Shown: positions 1 to 9,767, counted from the stretch's first letter. The stretch: 64,000 bases of DNA from Dehalococcoidia bacterium (GCA_965207415.1 CBDBMD010000003.1:2480991-2544990); one strand, 5' to 3'. Numbers and translations are program-made. The notes: generated by a model from the letters alone, not told the origin.

Positions 1-53
1 CCGCCGAAGGTGCTGCGCGGCATCGCTGGCCGCAGGGCCAGCCGAGGCGACGC

Positions 54-1601
54 CTAGCCGGCGGCGGCGAACACCCGCCCCCGCTCGTCCTCGATCAGCA
101 GTCGCCTGCCGAAGACCTGCTCGATGCGGGTGGCGATCCGCTCCGGGCGCCAGCTGGAGCGCCCCGGCAGCAGCACGCGCAGATCGCCGCCCGCATCCAG
201 CGTCAGCTGCGGCGGCGCGCCGGGCGGCAGGCGCAGCTCCATCCCGTCGGCGAGCACGAGGATCGCGGCAGCACGCTGCAGCGCCTCGTCATCCTCGGGC
301 CCGAGCAGCGGGCGCAGCACGCGCGCCAGTGTCTGCGGGCGGTGCGCGATGCGGATCAGGGCGGCGAGGCGCGCCACGTCGGCGTGCTGGAAGCCGCTGA
401 GGTCAGCGCTGAGCACGATGTCCGCGGCGGCGCGCTGGCGGCGGTAGGCGTCGACGGAGCCGCCGATGTCGTAGAGCGTCGAGGCGTAGCGCAGCGTCTC
501 GCGCTGGCCCTCGTCCGCCTCGGGGTCGAGCAGCGCGAGCAGCAGCTCGACGATGCCGGTGCGGCGGCGGGCGCGATCGTCGTCCCAGCTCGCGAAGCGC
601 CGCGCGAGTGCGCCGACCGAGGCGCGGCGCACGATCGGCGGGTCGGGCAACGGTCCGTCGCCGCGCGCGACGCCCTCGCGCAGTCCCTGCCCGGAGACGA
701 GCAGCGAGCGGCCTCGCACGTGCTCGGCGACGGCGAGCACGCCGCTCGCGCCGGCCACGATGATGTCGCTGCGGTCGCGGTTCAGGCCGGGCACGAGACG
801 GCGCTGGACCGGAGTGAGGCTCGCGAGGCGGTTGCGCACGCGCCGCAGGCGGCGCGAGGTCAGCGTGTAGCCATGGACGCGCACGATCGGATAGCGCCGC
901 CCGCGACGGCTCACCGCAGCGAGGTTGCGGACCGTGCCGCCGGTCCCCACCAGCAGCTCGTCTTTCGCGAGCCGCGGCACGCCCGCGCTGACGAGCTCGG
1001 CGCGGACATGCAGGCGCAGCGCCTCGATCTCCTCGTCCGCGGGCGGATCCGAGGGCAGGAAGCGATCGGTCAGCCTCAGCGTGCCGAGCGGGAAGCTCCA
1101 GGTCTCGCGGATCGCGCGGTCGCGGAAGCGCGCGATCTGCAGGCTCCCCCCGCCGAGGTCGACGACCAGCCCATGCTCGACCGGCAGGCCGTAGATCGCC
1201 CCGAGCGTGGCGCGGCGCCCCTCGGTCTCCCCGTCGAGCACCTCCAGCTCGATACCCCAGCGGTCACGGATCGCCGCCTCGAGGTCGAGCGCGTTGCCCG
1301 CGTCGCGCAGCGCCGCGGTGCCGACGGCGCAGACGCGGGCCACCCCCCGCCGCGCGGCGAGCGCCATGAAGTCGTCGAGCACGGTCAGCGTGCGATCGAT
1401 CGCCTCCGCCGAGAGGCCGCCCGTGGCATCGACGGCGCGGGCGAGGCGCACGGTGGCGCGCGGCTCGGCGATCACCTCGAGGTACCCGTCGTTGCGGGGC
1501 CGCGCGATCATCATGCGCAGGGAGTTCGAGCCGACATCGATGACGGCGATCGGCTCCGGCTCGCCGGGGCTGGCGTGCGGACCCGTCAAGCGTACGTTCA
1601 T
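54..1601 (-). CDS. ppx: Ppx/GppA family phosphatase (exopolyphosphatase / guanosine pentaphosphate phosphohydrolase)
   Basis: 515 aa ORF. N-terminal actin-like ATPase motif IAVIDVGSNSLRMMIARP and DLGGGS motif are typical of Ppx/GppA. The long C-terminal domain is consistent with HD-like Ppx. Confidence 0.8.
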   Translation of the reverse strand: MNVRLTGPHASPGEPEPIAVIDVGSNSLRMMIARPRNDGYLEVIAEPRATVRLARAVDATGGLSAEAIDRTLTVLDDFMALAARRGVARVCAVGTAALRDAGNALDLEAAIRDRWGIELEVLDGETEGRRATLGAIYGLPVEHGLVVDLGGGSLQIARFRDRAIRETWSFPLGTLRLTDRFLPSDPPADEEIEALRLHVRAELVSAGVPRLAKDELLVGTGGTVRNLAAVSRRGRRYPIVRVHGYTLTSRRLRRVRNRLASLTPVQRRLVPGLNRDRSDIIVAGASGVLAVAEHVRGRSLLVSGQGLREGVARGDGPLPDPPIVRRASVGALARRFASWDDDRARRRTGIVELLLALLDPEADEGQRETLRYASTLYDIGGSVDAYRRQRAAADIVLSADLSGFQHADVARLAALIRIAHRPQTLARVLRPLLGPEDDEALQRAAAILVLADGMELRLPPGAPPQLTLDAGGDLRVLLPGRSSWRPERIATRIEQVFGRRLLIEDERGRVFAAAG

Positions 1602-1790
1602 GCGCCGACCCGTGCGCGCGATTCGCGCCGTGGCGGGGAGCTATCGGGCAGCCATGATACCGGCAGCGCCGGTTGTGGTAAGCAGAGTGGTGGACGCCGC
1701 GCCGCCGAAACGGGACATTCGAGGCGTCCGGCTGGACTCGGAGCGGCAGCGGCGCACATCATGGAAGGGCAGAGCGAAAGGCGCCCCGCC

Positions 1791-1964
1791 ATGAAGATAT
1801 TCCGCAGGCTCTTTATCCTCGCCGCCATCGCAGGCATCGTGGCCGTCGCCGCCAGGAAGCTCGGACTCATCGGAGAGCGCGAGGACGACTCGTTCGACTT
1901 CGTGTTCGAGGACTCGCCGGGCGAAGACTCAGCGGACGACGGCGACGACGACGCTTCCGAGTAG
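1791..1964 (+). CDS. small hypothetical membrane protein (N-terminal TM helix, acidic C-terminal tail)
   Basis: 57 aa, MKIFRRLFILAAIAGIVAVAARKLG then a D/E-rich tail. Weak GAAAGG upstream. Coding status uncertain. Confidence 0.3.
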   Translation: MKIFRRLFILAAIAGIVAVAARKLGLIGEREDDSFDFVFEDSPGEDSADDGDDDASE

Positions 1965-2114
1965 CGCGATCAGCACGATCGCCATGGCGACTCGCAGCAG
2001 CACGCTGCCCCAGGCCCGGTGGGCCGGCGGGTCCCAGTACGCGTATCCCGCCTCCTCGGTGAGATCGGGGTCGAGGTCGCCCTCGCTGGACTCGATCCAG
2101 TCGCCGTCGCTCAC
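1929..2114 (-). CDS. small hypothetical membrane protein (acidic N-terminus, C-terminal TM helix)
   Basis: 61 aa with a GTG start preceded by GGAGGG. Its 3' end overlaps the convergent 1791-1964 ORF by 36 nt. TM helix VLLRVAMAIVLIALLGSVVVAVV. Confidence 0.3.
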   Translation of the reverse strand: MSDGDWIESSEGDLDPDLTEEAGYAYWDPPAHRAWGSVLLRVAMAIVLIALLGSVVVAVVR

Positions 2115-2205
2115 ACGCGCACCTCGCCCTCCCCGGAGCGCTGCCCGTGCAGGCTAGCGAACGCGGGCGCGCCGGCGCCAGTGCCCGCGGCGAACGGGCG
2201 GCCGC

Positions 2206-3138
2206 GTGACCGCCTCCGCGCCCGAGCCGCAGGCCGAGGATCGCGACCTCGCGGCGATCGAGGAGGCCGCGCTCGACCTCGGCCGGCTCGCGGGCGAGCG
2301 GATCACGGAAGCGCTCGCACGCGAGATCGTCGTCGAGTACAAGGACGAGACCACCACCGCGGGCGGCGCCCCGACCAACCCCGTCTCCGAGACCGATCGC
2401 GCCATCGAGGCGCTGCTGCGCGAGCAGATCGCCGAGCGCTTCCCCGAGCACGGCGTGATCGGCGAGGAGGTGGGCGACGACGACGAGGCCGGCCGCGAGT
2501 TCGTCTGGGTCCTCGATCCGGTCGACGGCACCGCGAACTTCGTCAACGGCTTCCCGCTGTTCGCCAGCTCGATCGGCGTGCTCCGGAGCGGGCGGCCCGT
2601 GGTGGGCGCGATCTGGTGCTCGACCTCGCACGCGCTGCGGCCCGGCGTCTACCACGCGCACGAGGGCGGCCCGCTCTGCTTCGAGGGCGAGCCGGCGCCG
2701 CTCGGCCGGCCCAGCGTCGGCGTCACGCGCCGCCTCGGCGCGGCGCCGGGCGGCGCGCCGGGCCGCCGGCGCAGCCTGGACACGCGAGTCACGGGATCGG
2801 CGGCGCTGGAGTGCGCCTTCGTCGCCGCCGGCATCTTCCAGTCGGCGATCTTCGGATCGCCGAGCATCTGGGACGTGGCCGCCGGCGTCTCCCTCGTGCG
2901 CTCCTCGGGCCGCGTCGCGCTCACGATGCAGGGGAAGGAGTGGAGCGACCTCGAACGCTTCGAGGCGCCCGCGTCCGTCCGCGGCGACCGCCCGCCGACG
3001 ATTCGCGACTGGCGGCAGCCGCTGATCCTCGGCACGGAGGAGGAAGCCGAGGCGCTGGTCCGCCGCTCGCGCAGCCTCGGAGTGCGCTGGATGCGGGCGC
3101 GCTGGCGGCTCAGGCAGCGGCTGCGGCGCTGGCTCTAG
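2206..3138 (+). CDS. inositol monophosphatase family protein (IMPase/SuhB-like)
   Basis: 310 aa. Metal-binding motif WVLDPVDGTANFVNGFPLFASSIGV and the downstream WDVAAG motif are characteristic of the IMPase/FBPase fold. Confidence 0.8.
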   Translation: MTASAPEPQAEDRDLAAIEEAALDLGRLAGERITEALAREIVVEYKDETTTAGGAPTNPVSETDRAIEALLREQIAERFPEHGVIGEEVGDDDEAGREFVWVLDPVDGTANFVNGFPLFASSIGVLRSGRPVVGAIWCSTSHALRPGVYHAHEGGPLCFEGEPAPLGRPSVGVTRRLGAAPGGAPGRRRSLDTRVTGSAALECAFVAAGIFQSAIFGSPSIWDVAAGVSLVRSSGRVALTMQGKEWSDLERFEAPASVRGDRPPTIRDWRQPLILGTEEEAEALVRRSRSLGVRWMRARWRLRQRLRRWL

Positions 3139-3151
3139 CCGTGACGGGCCA

Positions 3152-3913
3152 CTAGATCGGCGGCCAGGGGACGCAGCGCCAGGGATACATCTCCGGCAGC
3201 ACCGGGTTCGCCAGCAGCTCCGTGCTGCGCTCGATCAGCGCCTCGACCTCGCGCTCGTGCAGGCAGGCGCGCAGCGCGTCCGTCGAGGGGTCCGCGGCGC
3301 GCAGGCAGTCGCGCGCGCGGCGGATGTCGTGCTGCCACTGCTCCGGCAACCGCTCGCCCGCGAAGTCCCAGACCACCGTGCGCAGCTTCTCGTGGCTGTG
3401 GAAGCAGAGCGCGTTGTCGATGCACCAGAGCCGTCCGGCGGCGTCGAGCAGGACGTGCCCGCCCTTGCGGTCGGCGTTGTTCGCGAGCAGGTCGAAGGCG
3501 GCGATGCGGATCAGCGTCTCGCGCAACTCCTCGCGATCGCGCAGCTCGAAGAAGTGCTCGGCCGGGTTGTGCTCGATGAAGAGCTGGACCGAGCCCGCGC
3601 CCTCGGGCCCCTCGCGCTCGAGGGTGGGCGGGACGATCTCCCAGCCGAGCAGCCGCGCGTACTCGTACGCCGCGACTTCGCGGAGGTGGAGCGTGCCGTA
3701 GGGGAAGTCCTCCAGCGGTCGCTCGCCTCGTTGCGGCTTGTAGACGGCGAGCCCCTCGCCGTGCGCGGGGTGCACGAGGTCCACGAGGAAGACGTAGTTG
3801 GAGGAGTCGTAGAGCAGCCGCGAGCGCACGACCTCGGCGTCGCGCAGCGTCTCCTCGACGTGAGGATCGCCGGGTCGCAAGGCGTTGCGGAGGTCACGGA
3901 TGCTCTCGGGCAT
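3152..3913 (-). CDS. SCO1664-family protein (PI3/4-kinase-like conserved hypothetical)
   Basis: 253 aa. Kinase-like catalytic loop NNADRKGGHVLLD and overall length match my memory of the actinobacterial SCO1664 family (TIGR03843). Family assignment is from memory. Confidence 0.5.
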   Translation of the reverse strand: MPESIRDLRNALRPGDPHVEETLRDAEVVRSRLLYDSSNYVFLVDLVHPAHGEGLAVYKPQRGERPLEDFPYGTLHLREVAAYEYARLLGWEIVPPTLEREGPEGAGSVQLFIEHNPAEHFFELRDREELRETLIRIAAFDLLANNADRKGGHVLLDAAGRLWCIDNALCFHSHEKLRTVVWDFAGERLPEQWQHDIRRARDCLRAADPSTDALRACLHEREVEALIERSTELLANPVLPEMYPWRCVPWPPI

Positions 3914-3973
3914 GCGCCCTCGCTTCCGGCGGTTCGGTTGGCGATTGTAGCGCTCGCCCTGAACGCGGACAGG

Positions 3974-4801
3974 CTAGGGCTGTTCGACGACCTCGCGCGT
4001 GCGGATGCCGAGGCCGAGCCGCAGCGCCGTGCAGTGCATCATCATCGTCGCCAGCGCAGGCAGCGCGGCGTCGACGACCGCGCGCGCCTCGGCGATCGCC
4101 TCCGCGCTCACGCCGGCGGCGCGCAGGGCGTCCTCGTCGGCGCGCAGCGGTTGCGCGAGGAAGCGCGTCGAGGAGCGCGCGTAGAAGTAGAGTGCGCGCC
4201 CACGCTGGCGGAACAGCGGGTAGGCGGAGAGGTGCTGCAGCTCGTCCCACGCCGCCTCGAGGTAGCCGGGCCAGACCGCGATCGCGCGGTACAGCTCCGG
4301 CGGACGCACCAGCTGCAGCACCTCGGCCACCTCCGGCAGCGGACCGGCAGCCGCCGAGGCGAGCTCCACCTCGCGCGCCAGGTGCGCGCGCTCACGCTCG
4401 CCGTCCTCGCGCGGGGCGGGGCGGCCCTGCCCGCCGACCGAGGGCGCCTCGCGCGCCTCGGCGAGGGCGGCGCAGAGCAGCAGCAACTGCGGCTGCACCA
4501 GGTGGAAGGCGTCGAGCACGGCGAGCAGGCAGTCGAGGTCGTCCGCGGTGAGCGCACCGCCGAGCAGCGTCTCGCGGCTCAGCGTGGGCTGGTAGACCTC
4601 CTCGACGGCGTCGAGCGCCATGTCCGCCATGTAGAGCGCGCTGCCGAGGAAACCCGCGGTCTCCACGGACGGCTCGAGTTGCGGCCAGACGGCCTCGAGC
4701 ACTCCCTCGCAGGCCCCGAGGGCGGCGACCACCTCGGGCACGAAGGGCGAGCGCAGCGCGGCCGCGACGGCCTCTGCAGTGGGTGACGGCGCGGCGGTCA
4801 T
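3974..4801 (-). CDS. hypothetical protein (possibly halocarboxylic acid dehydrogenase DehI-family-like)
   Basis: 275 aa ORF, Ala-rich with plausible codon usage and no clear catalytic motif. The DehI-like assignment is a weak recollection only. Confidence 0.35.
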   Translation of the reverse strand: MTAAPSPTAEAVAAALRSPFVPEVVAALGACEGVLEAVWPQLEPSVETAGFLGSALYMADMALDAVEEVYQPTLSRETLLGGALTADDLDCLLAVLDAFHLVQPQLLLLCAALAEAREAPSVGGQGRPAPREDGERERAHLAREVELASAAAGPLPEVAEVLQLVRPPELYRAIAVWPGYLEAAWDELQHLSAYPLFRQRGRALYFYARSSTRFLAQPLRADEDALRAAGVSAEAIAEARAVVDAALPALATMMMHCTALRLGLGIRTREVVEQP

Positions 4802-4996
4802 CGGGCGGAGGATAGCGCCCGGTCAGCCCGTAGCGGCGAAACGCGGTAGGGTGGATAGGCGGCGAAGGAGCCGCAAGCTCAGTACCTCTGCTCTGTCGTT
4901 TCACCCGAGCGCCCGCGTCGAGCCTGAGAACAACCATGGATCCGTCCGTCTGGACGCATCCGCAGCGCCGGCGTGGCCGGCAAGGAGTGAAGACGT

Positions 4997-5362
4997 TTGG
5001 CTCAGAGAATCTACGTAGGCAATCTGCCCTACTCAGCGACCGAGGACGAAGTGGAGACGCTGTTCGCCACGTACGGCGAAGTGCTCTCGGTGGCGCTGCC
5101 GACCGACCGTGAGACCGGCAGGGCGCGAGGCTTCGGCTTCGTCGAGATGTCCACGAGCGAGGCCGCACAGGCCATCGAGGGCGTCAACGGCACGGAGTTC
5201 GGCGGTCGCACGCTGAACGTGAACGAGGCGCGGCCTCGTGAGAACCGTGGCGGCGGTGGCGGCGGCGGCTACGGCGGCGGCGGTGGTGGCGGCGGCTACG
5301 GCGGCGGCGGCGGTCGTGGTGGCGGCTACGGCGGCGGGCGCGGCGGGTACGACCGTCGCTAG
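4997..5362 (+). CDS. RRM-domain glycine-rich RNA-binding protein
   Basis: RNP-2 IYVGNL and RNP-1 RGFGFVEM motifs, with a C-terminal GGYGGGRGG glycine-rich tail. TTG start preceded by AAGGAG at 4979-4984. Confidence 0.85.
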   Translation: MAQRIYVGNLPYSATEDEVETLFATYGEVLSVALPTDRETGRARGFGFVEMSTSEAAQAIEGVNGTEFGGRTLNVNEARPRENRGGGGGGGYGGGGGGGGYGGGGGRGGGYGGGRGGYDRR

Positions 5363-5597
5363 CGTTCGCCCCTGGCATGTGGGCCTCTGGCCCTCGGGTG
5401 ACTGACCGTCAGGAGCAGGTGGGGAGAGTCCGGCCGGGCGCCGGGCTCTCCACTCACCACCTCGCGCGACTCGCATACGGGGCGCCCCGCCCGCTCGGGC
5501 GCCCGCGGACAGTAGTGGCACGTTGAAGCAATCCCGGCCTCGCTCAGCGCGGAGGCCACCACCACACCCTCCCTCACCACGAACGGAACCGCCCTCT

Positions 5598-7025
5598 ATG
5601 ACCCTCTCCCCTCCCGACGCGCCCGCGCCCACACGGACCGCGGTCCTCGCTGACGCCCCGGCACAGGCCGAGCACGGCGCGCACACGCTGCACCGCAACG
5701 GCGGTAGCCCCGCCCCGACCTTCGAGGCGCTGGGCGTCTCACCCGACCTCACCGAGACGCTGACCGAAGCCGGCATCGAGCGCCCCTTCCCGATCCAGAC
5801 GCTGGCCATCCCCGATGCGCTGGCCGGCGAAGACATCTGCGGGATGGCGCAAACCGGCTCCGGAAAGACGCTCGCCTTCGGCCTGCCGATGATCGAGCGC
5901 ACGACCACCGCGCGACCGCGCCGCCCGCACTCGCTGGTGCTGGCGCCCACGCGCGAGCTCGCGAACCAGATCGCCGAGGAGCTGACACCGCTCGCCGCCG
6001 CCCGCGGCCTCTGGCTGACCGCGATCTACGGCGGCGTCTCGATGCCGCGGCAGGTGCGCGCGCTGCAGCTGGGCGTGGACATCGTGATCGCCACGCCGGG
6101 GCGGCTCAACGACCTCCTCGAACAGGGCGAGCTGTCGCTCGCCGCGGTCTCGTTCGTCGTCGTCGACGAGGCCGACCAGATGGCCGACATGGGCTTCCTG
6201 CCGCAGGTGGAGCGCATCCTGAACCAGATCGAGGGGCAGCCCCAGACGCTGCTATTCTCGGCCACGCTCGACGGCGCGGTGGGCGCCCTCGTGCGCCGCT
6301 ACCAGCAGCACCCCGCCCGCCACGAGGTCGCCTCCGCCGCGCCCACCGTGGACGGGCTGGAGCAGCGCTTCATCGGCGTGCGCTCCGAGGACAAGATCGA
6401 CGTCACCTCCGAGATCTGCGCGGGAGCGCGGCGGGCGCTGGTCTTCGTGCGCACGACCCGCGCCGCGGACCGCGTGGCGAAGCGGCTGGGGCGGACCGGG
6501 CTGCGGGTCGGCGCCATTCACGGGCGGCTCTCGCAGAACCGCCGCGAGTCCACGCTCGAGGCGTTCCGGCGGGGTGACTCGCCCGTCCTCGTCGCCACGA
6601 ACGTCGCCGCGCGCGGCCTGCACGTGGACGGCGTCGACGTCGTCGTGCACTACGACCCGCCCGAGGACCACAAGACGTACGTGCACCGCTCCGGCCGCAC
6701 CGCGCGCGCCGGCGAGGGCGGCATGGTCGTCACGCTCGTGCTGCCGGAGCAGCGGCCCGATGTCGCCGTGCTGCAGCGCGACGGCGGCAGCAACTACTCC
6801 GTCGTCGAGATGCGCGCCGGCGACCGCAGGCTGCTCGACCTCGCCTCGTGGTCCGCGCCGCGCGAGAGCGCCAGCCCCGACCAGGGCCGAAACGCGAACG
6901 GCGGCAACGCACGGCGCGGTCCCAACGGACGACGGCCCTCGAAGCCCCGCAACGGGCGGGCCCGCGCCTCGGGCGGCGGCACCCGGCCGGCCGAGCGCCG
7001 TCCCGCACGGGGCCAGCGGCGCTAA
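5598..7025 (+). CDS. DEAD-box ATP-dependent RNA helicase with Arg/Gly-rich C-terminal tail
   Basis: Q-motif region, AQTGSGKT (motif I), VVDEADQM (DEAD), SAT and HRSGRTARAG motifs. The ORF track begins at 5523 (TTG); ATG at 5598 (MTLSPP) is preferred. The C-terminal 80 aa is R/G/N-rich. Confidence 0.85.
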   Translation: MTLSPPDAPAPTRTAVLADAPAQAEHGAHTLHRNGGSPAPTFEALGVSPDLTETLTEAGIERPFPIQTLAIPDALAGEDICGMAQTGSGKTLAFGLPMIERTTTARPRRPHSLVLAPTRELANQIAEELTPLAAARGLWLTAIYGGVSMPRQVRALQLGVDIVIATPGRLNDLLEQGELSLAAVSFVVVDEADQMADMGFLPQVERILNQIEGQPQTLLFSATLDGAVGALVRRYQQHPARHEVASAAPTVDGLEQRFIGVRSEDKIDVTSEICAGARRALVFVRTTRAADRVAKRLGRTGLRVGAIHGRLSQNRRESTLEAFRRGDSPVLVATNVAARGLHVDGVDVVVHYDPPEDHKTYVHRSGRTARAGEGGMVVTLVLPEQRPDVAVLQRDGGSNYSVVEMRAGDRRLLDLASWSAPRESASPDQGRNANGGNARRGPNGRRPSKPRNGRARASGGGTRPAERRPARGQRR

Positions 7026-7055
7026 CCCACTCGCCCCGGGAGCCGGGCTGCCGCG

Positions 7056-7643
7056 TCAGGCGTGCGGGCCCGCCTCCCAGCCGACGGCGGCGAGGTGTTC
7101 GCGAGCCCACCCCGCGGGCAGCGGGTGCGTCTCGGTGGCCACGATGTTGTTCCAGTGGTTGAGGAAGCCGCGCCAGCTGATCACGGCGACCAGCTCCACG
7201 ATCTCGCCCTCGTCGAACCACTCATGCAGGGCGTCGAAGTGCTCCCCGGTCACCCGGGTCGGGACGACCGAGCCGTCGCGCGCCAGCCGCAGGGCCGCCT
7301 TCTCGCGGGGCGAGAACAGGTCGCTCTCCTCGAAGTCGTACACCGCGCGCAGCTTCTCGACGGGCATTCCGTTCCACGCCGCCCGGAACGCCGCGTGTGA
7401 CTGGGTGTGCGAGCACTCCGCCGCGATGTCGACGGCCAGCGAGACGATGCTCTTCAGCTCGCGCTCGACGCTTCCGGAGCGGGTGGCGGCCAGCATGACG
7501 CTCACGGCCTTCACCAGCTCGGGCCTCCGCGCCATCGTGAGCTGCCCTCGAGGGATGTAGCCGCCCGTCTCCTCCATCGCCCGGAGCGAGTCCCGGATCT
7601 CCGGGTCCACATCCTCGATCGCCAGGGCTGCGATGTGCGCCAT
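7056..7643 (-). CDS. carboxymuconolactone decarboxylase / AhpD-like family protein
   Basis: 195 aa. AECSHTQSH (CxxH/CxxxH AhpD-type motif) and overall length fit the AhpD-like superfamily. Confidence 0.7.
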   Translation of the reverse strand: MAHIAALAIEDVDPEIRDSLRAMEETGGYIPRGQLTMARRPELVKAVSVMLAATRSGSVERELKSIVSLAVDIAAECSHTQSHAAFRAAWNGMPVEKLRAVYDFEESDLFSPREKAALRLARDGSVVPTRVTGEHFDALHEWFDEGEIVELVAVISWRGFLNHWNNIVATETHPLPAGWAREHLAAVGWEAGPHA

Positions 7644-7757
7644 GCGGATCCCCTTCCTGTTGCGGTGGTCACGATAGCGCTCGCGAGCGCCGCTATCGCG
7701 GTAGGTTCGTCATCGGCCAGAACCCCACGTTGCCGCTTGTGCGTTCAGCCCGTCGAG

Positions 7758-7775
7758 TGATGTAGGCTTACATCA
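7758..7775 (+). promoter_or_regulatory. palindromic operator TGATGTA-ggct-TACATCA overlapping the vapB start codon
   Basis: Perfect 7-bp inverted repeat with a 4-nt spacer. Its last base is the A of the vapB ATG. This is the typical geometry of type II antitoxin autorepression sites. Confidence 0.4.
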
Positions 7776-8026
7776 TGAGTCACCGCACGCAGATCACGCT
7801 GACCGATGAGCAGTATGCGCGGCTGCGCGAGGAGTCCCGGCGCTCCGGCCTCGGCCTCGCGGAGCTGGTCCGCCGGGCGCTCGATCACCGTTACGGAGCG
7901 GCTCCCGGCACGGAGCTCCGGAGCGCCCTCGACGCGAGCTTCGCCTCCTGGGCGGACCGTGACTTCGATGGCGCGAGCTACGTCGAGGGGCTGCGCCACG
8001 GCATGTCTCGCCGGCTGGCGGACTGA
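7775..8026 (+). CDS. vapB: ribbon-helix-helix antitoxin (VapB-like)
   Basis: 83 aa. The N-terminal ITLTDEQYARLREESRRSGLGLAELVRRAL is an RHH fold signature. Its stop overlaps the start of the downstream PIN gene (ATGA). Confidence 0.65.
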   Translation: MSHRTQITLTDEQYARLREESRRSGLGLAELVRRALDHRYGAAPGTELRSALDASFASWADRDFDGASYVEGLRHGMSRRLAD

Positions 8027-8406
8027 TGGCGATCGTCGTCGACACCTCGGTGCTGATCGACCACCTGCGAGGCGAGGAAGCGGCTCGCGAGGCGCTTCGC
8101 GGCGCGACGGCCGCCGGCGAGCGGCTCGTCGCGTCCGTACTCACCAGGGTCGAGGTGCTGGCCGGGATGCGGGCGCCGGAGGAGCGCGCCACGCGTCGCC
8201 TGCTCGACAGCCTCGACTGGATCGAGGTGGATGACGAGCTCGCCGAACGTGCCGGCATGCTGGCCAACCGCCTTCTGCCGTCGCACCCCGGTGTCGATCC
8301 GGTCGACTACGTGATTGCGGCGACGGCCGAACGCCTCGACGCGCGACTCTGGACTCGCAACGTCCGCCACTTCCCGATGTTCCCGGAGCTCGAGCCCCCG
8401 TATTGA
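8026..8406 (+). CDS. vapC: PIN-domain ribonuclease toxin (VapC)
   Basis: 126 aa. [12 protein letters not shown] (first acidic residue), the central LTRVEV and the C-terminal TRNVRHF are typical of VapC PIN domains. Translationally coupled to the RHH gene. Confidence 0.8.
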   Translation: MAIVVDTSVLIDHLRGEEAAREALRGATAAGERLVASVLTRVEVLAGMRAPEERATRRLLDSLDWIEVDDELAERAGMLANRLLPSHPGVDPVDYVIAATAERLDARLWTRNVRHFPMFPELEPPY

Positions 8407-8483
8407 GACGCTGCGGTCCACTCGCTCGCGCTAAGAACGCACGTTCGCTATACTGTGCGCGGCGGGGTACGGCAGGAGGCGGC

Positions 8484-9551
8484 GTGGACGACGAGAAGCG
8501 CGGTCCGCTGGCCCGCACGCAAACCCCCGAAGACATCTCGATCGAGCCCACGCTGCGCCCCCGGCGCCTCGAGGAGTATTTCGGCCAGGACACGGTCAAG
8601 GAGTCGCTCCGGATCGCGATCGCCGCGGCGAAGGGGCGGGGCGAACCGCTCGACCACCTGCTGATTCACGGCCCGCCCGGCCTCGGCAAGACGACGCTCG
8701 CGATGATCCTCGCCTCCGAGATGGGCGTCTCGATCCGCGTCACCTCCGGGCCGGCAATCGAGCGCGCCGGCGATCTCGCCTCGGTGCTGACCAGCCTGCA
8801 GCCCGGCGACGTGCTGTTCATCGACGAGGTGCACCGGCTGCCGCGCGTCGTCGAGGAGATCCTCTACCCGGCGATGGAGGACTGGGCGCTCGACATCATC
8901 CTCGGCAGCGGACCGAAGGCGCGCGACGTGCGGCTCACGCTCAACCGCTTCACGCTGATCGCCGCGACGACGCGCTACGCGCTGGTCTCGCAGCCGCTGC
9001 GCGACCGCTTCGGGGCGAGCTACCGGCTGGACTTCTACGACGAGGCGGCGCTGAGCGAGATCGTGCGCCGATCGGCAGGCGTGCTCGGCTGCGCCATCGA
9101 CGCCGATGGAGTCACGGCGATCGCCAGCCGGGCGCGCGGCACCGCACGCGTCGCCAACCGGCTGCTGCGCCGCGTGCGCGACTACGCCGAGGTCGAGGCG
9201 GACGGGGTGATCACCGAGCCGGTCGCCGCGCTCGCCCTCGCGCAGCTCGGCATCGACGAGCTCGGCCTCGACGCGATGGACCGCGAGCTGCTGCGCGTGC
9301 TCGTCGAGCGCTTCGGCGGCGGCCCGGTCGGCCTCGAGACGCTGGCCGCCGCGGTCTCCGAGGAGGCCGACACGATCATGGACGTCTACGAGCCGTACCT
9401 GCTGAAGATTGGCTACCTGCAGCGCACCCCGCGCGGGCGGGTCGCCTCGCGGCTGGCGTACGACCGCCTGGGCCTGGAGCCGCCCCCCGCGCTGCTCGCC
9501 GCCGTCGCGCAGCAACCCGCGCTGTTCGGCGAGGACGGCGGCGGCGCCTGA
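8484..9551 (+). CDS. ruvB: Holliday junction branch migration DNA helicase RuvB
   Basis: [13 protein letters not shown], Walker [15 protein letters not shown] and DEVHRL are RuvB AAA+ motifs. GTG at 8484 preferred over the ORF-track start at 8403, preceded by AGGAGG. Confidence 0.9.
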   Translation: MDDEKRGPLARTQTPEDISIEPTLRPRRLEEYFGQDTVKESLRIAIAAAKGRGEPLDHLLIHGPPGLGKTTLAMILASEMGVSIRVTSGPAIERAGDLASVLTSLQPGDVLFIDEVHRLPRVVEEILYPAMEDWALDIILGSGPKARDVRLTLNRFTLIAATTRYALVSQPLRDRFGASYRLDFYDEAALSEIVRRSAGVLGCAIDADGVTAIASRARGTARVANRLLRRVRDYAEVEADGVITEPVAALALAQLGIDELGLDAMDRELLRVLVERFGGGPVGLETLAAAVSEEADTIMDVYEPYLLKIGYLQRTPRGRVASRLAYDRLGLEPPPALLAAVAQQPALFGEDGGGA

Positions 9552-9561
9552 GGGCTCCGCC

Positions 9562-9767
9562 TCAACGCACCCCGAGCACCATCGCGTCGACCGGGTTGCC
9601 GGCGTCGAAGACGGCGACGGCGAGGCGGCGGCCGGCCGTGAGCTGCGCGGCGGGGATGGCGCGTGAAACCGGGACGGACGTGACCACCGAGGAGAGCGAT
9701 CCGGCGAAGCGGACGGTCGCGGTCCAGGCGGCGCTGTCGAACGAGACCAGGGTGGCGCGCTCCAGCA
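9562..9767 (-). CDS. small hypothetical protein (68 aa), last gene of the phage-derived module
   Basis: ATG preceded by GGAGGTCTAGCG. It starts 3 nt after the stop of the 656-aa upstream gene. No recognisable motif. Confidence 0.35.

Noticed and set aside
342-1964. 540-aa plus-strand ORF antisense to ppx
   Set aside because: Arg/Ala/Gly/Asp-rich low-complexity translation typical of stop-free antisense frames in approximately 70 percent GC DNA. It overlaps a well-supported Ppx gene. Only its last 57 codons (1791-1964) might be a real small gene.
3257-4786. 509-aa plus-strand ORF antisense to the SCO1664-like and adjacent genes
   Set aside because: Same high-GC antisense artefact. No motifs; RGVxxA-type composition.
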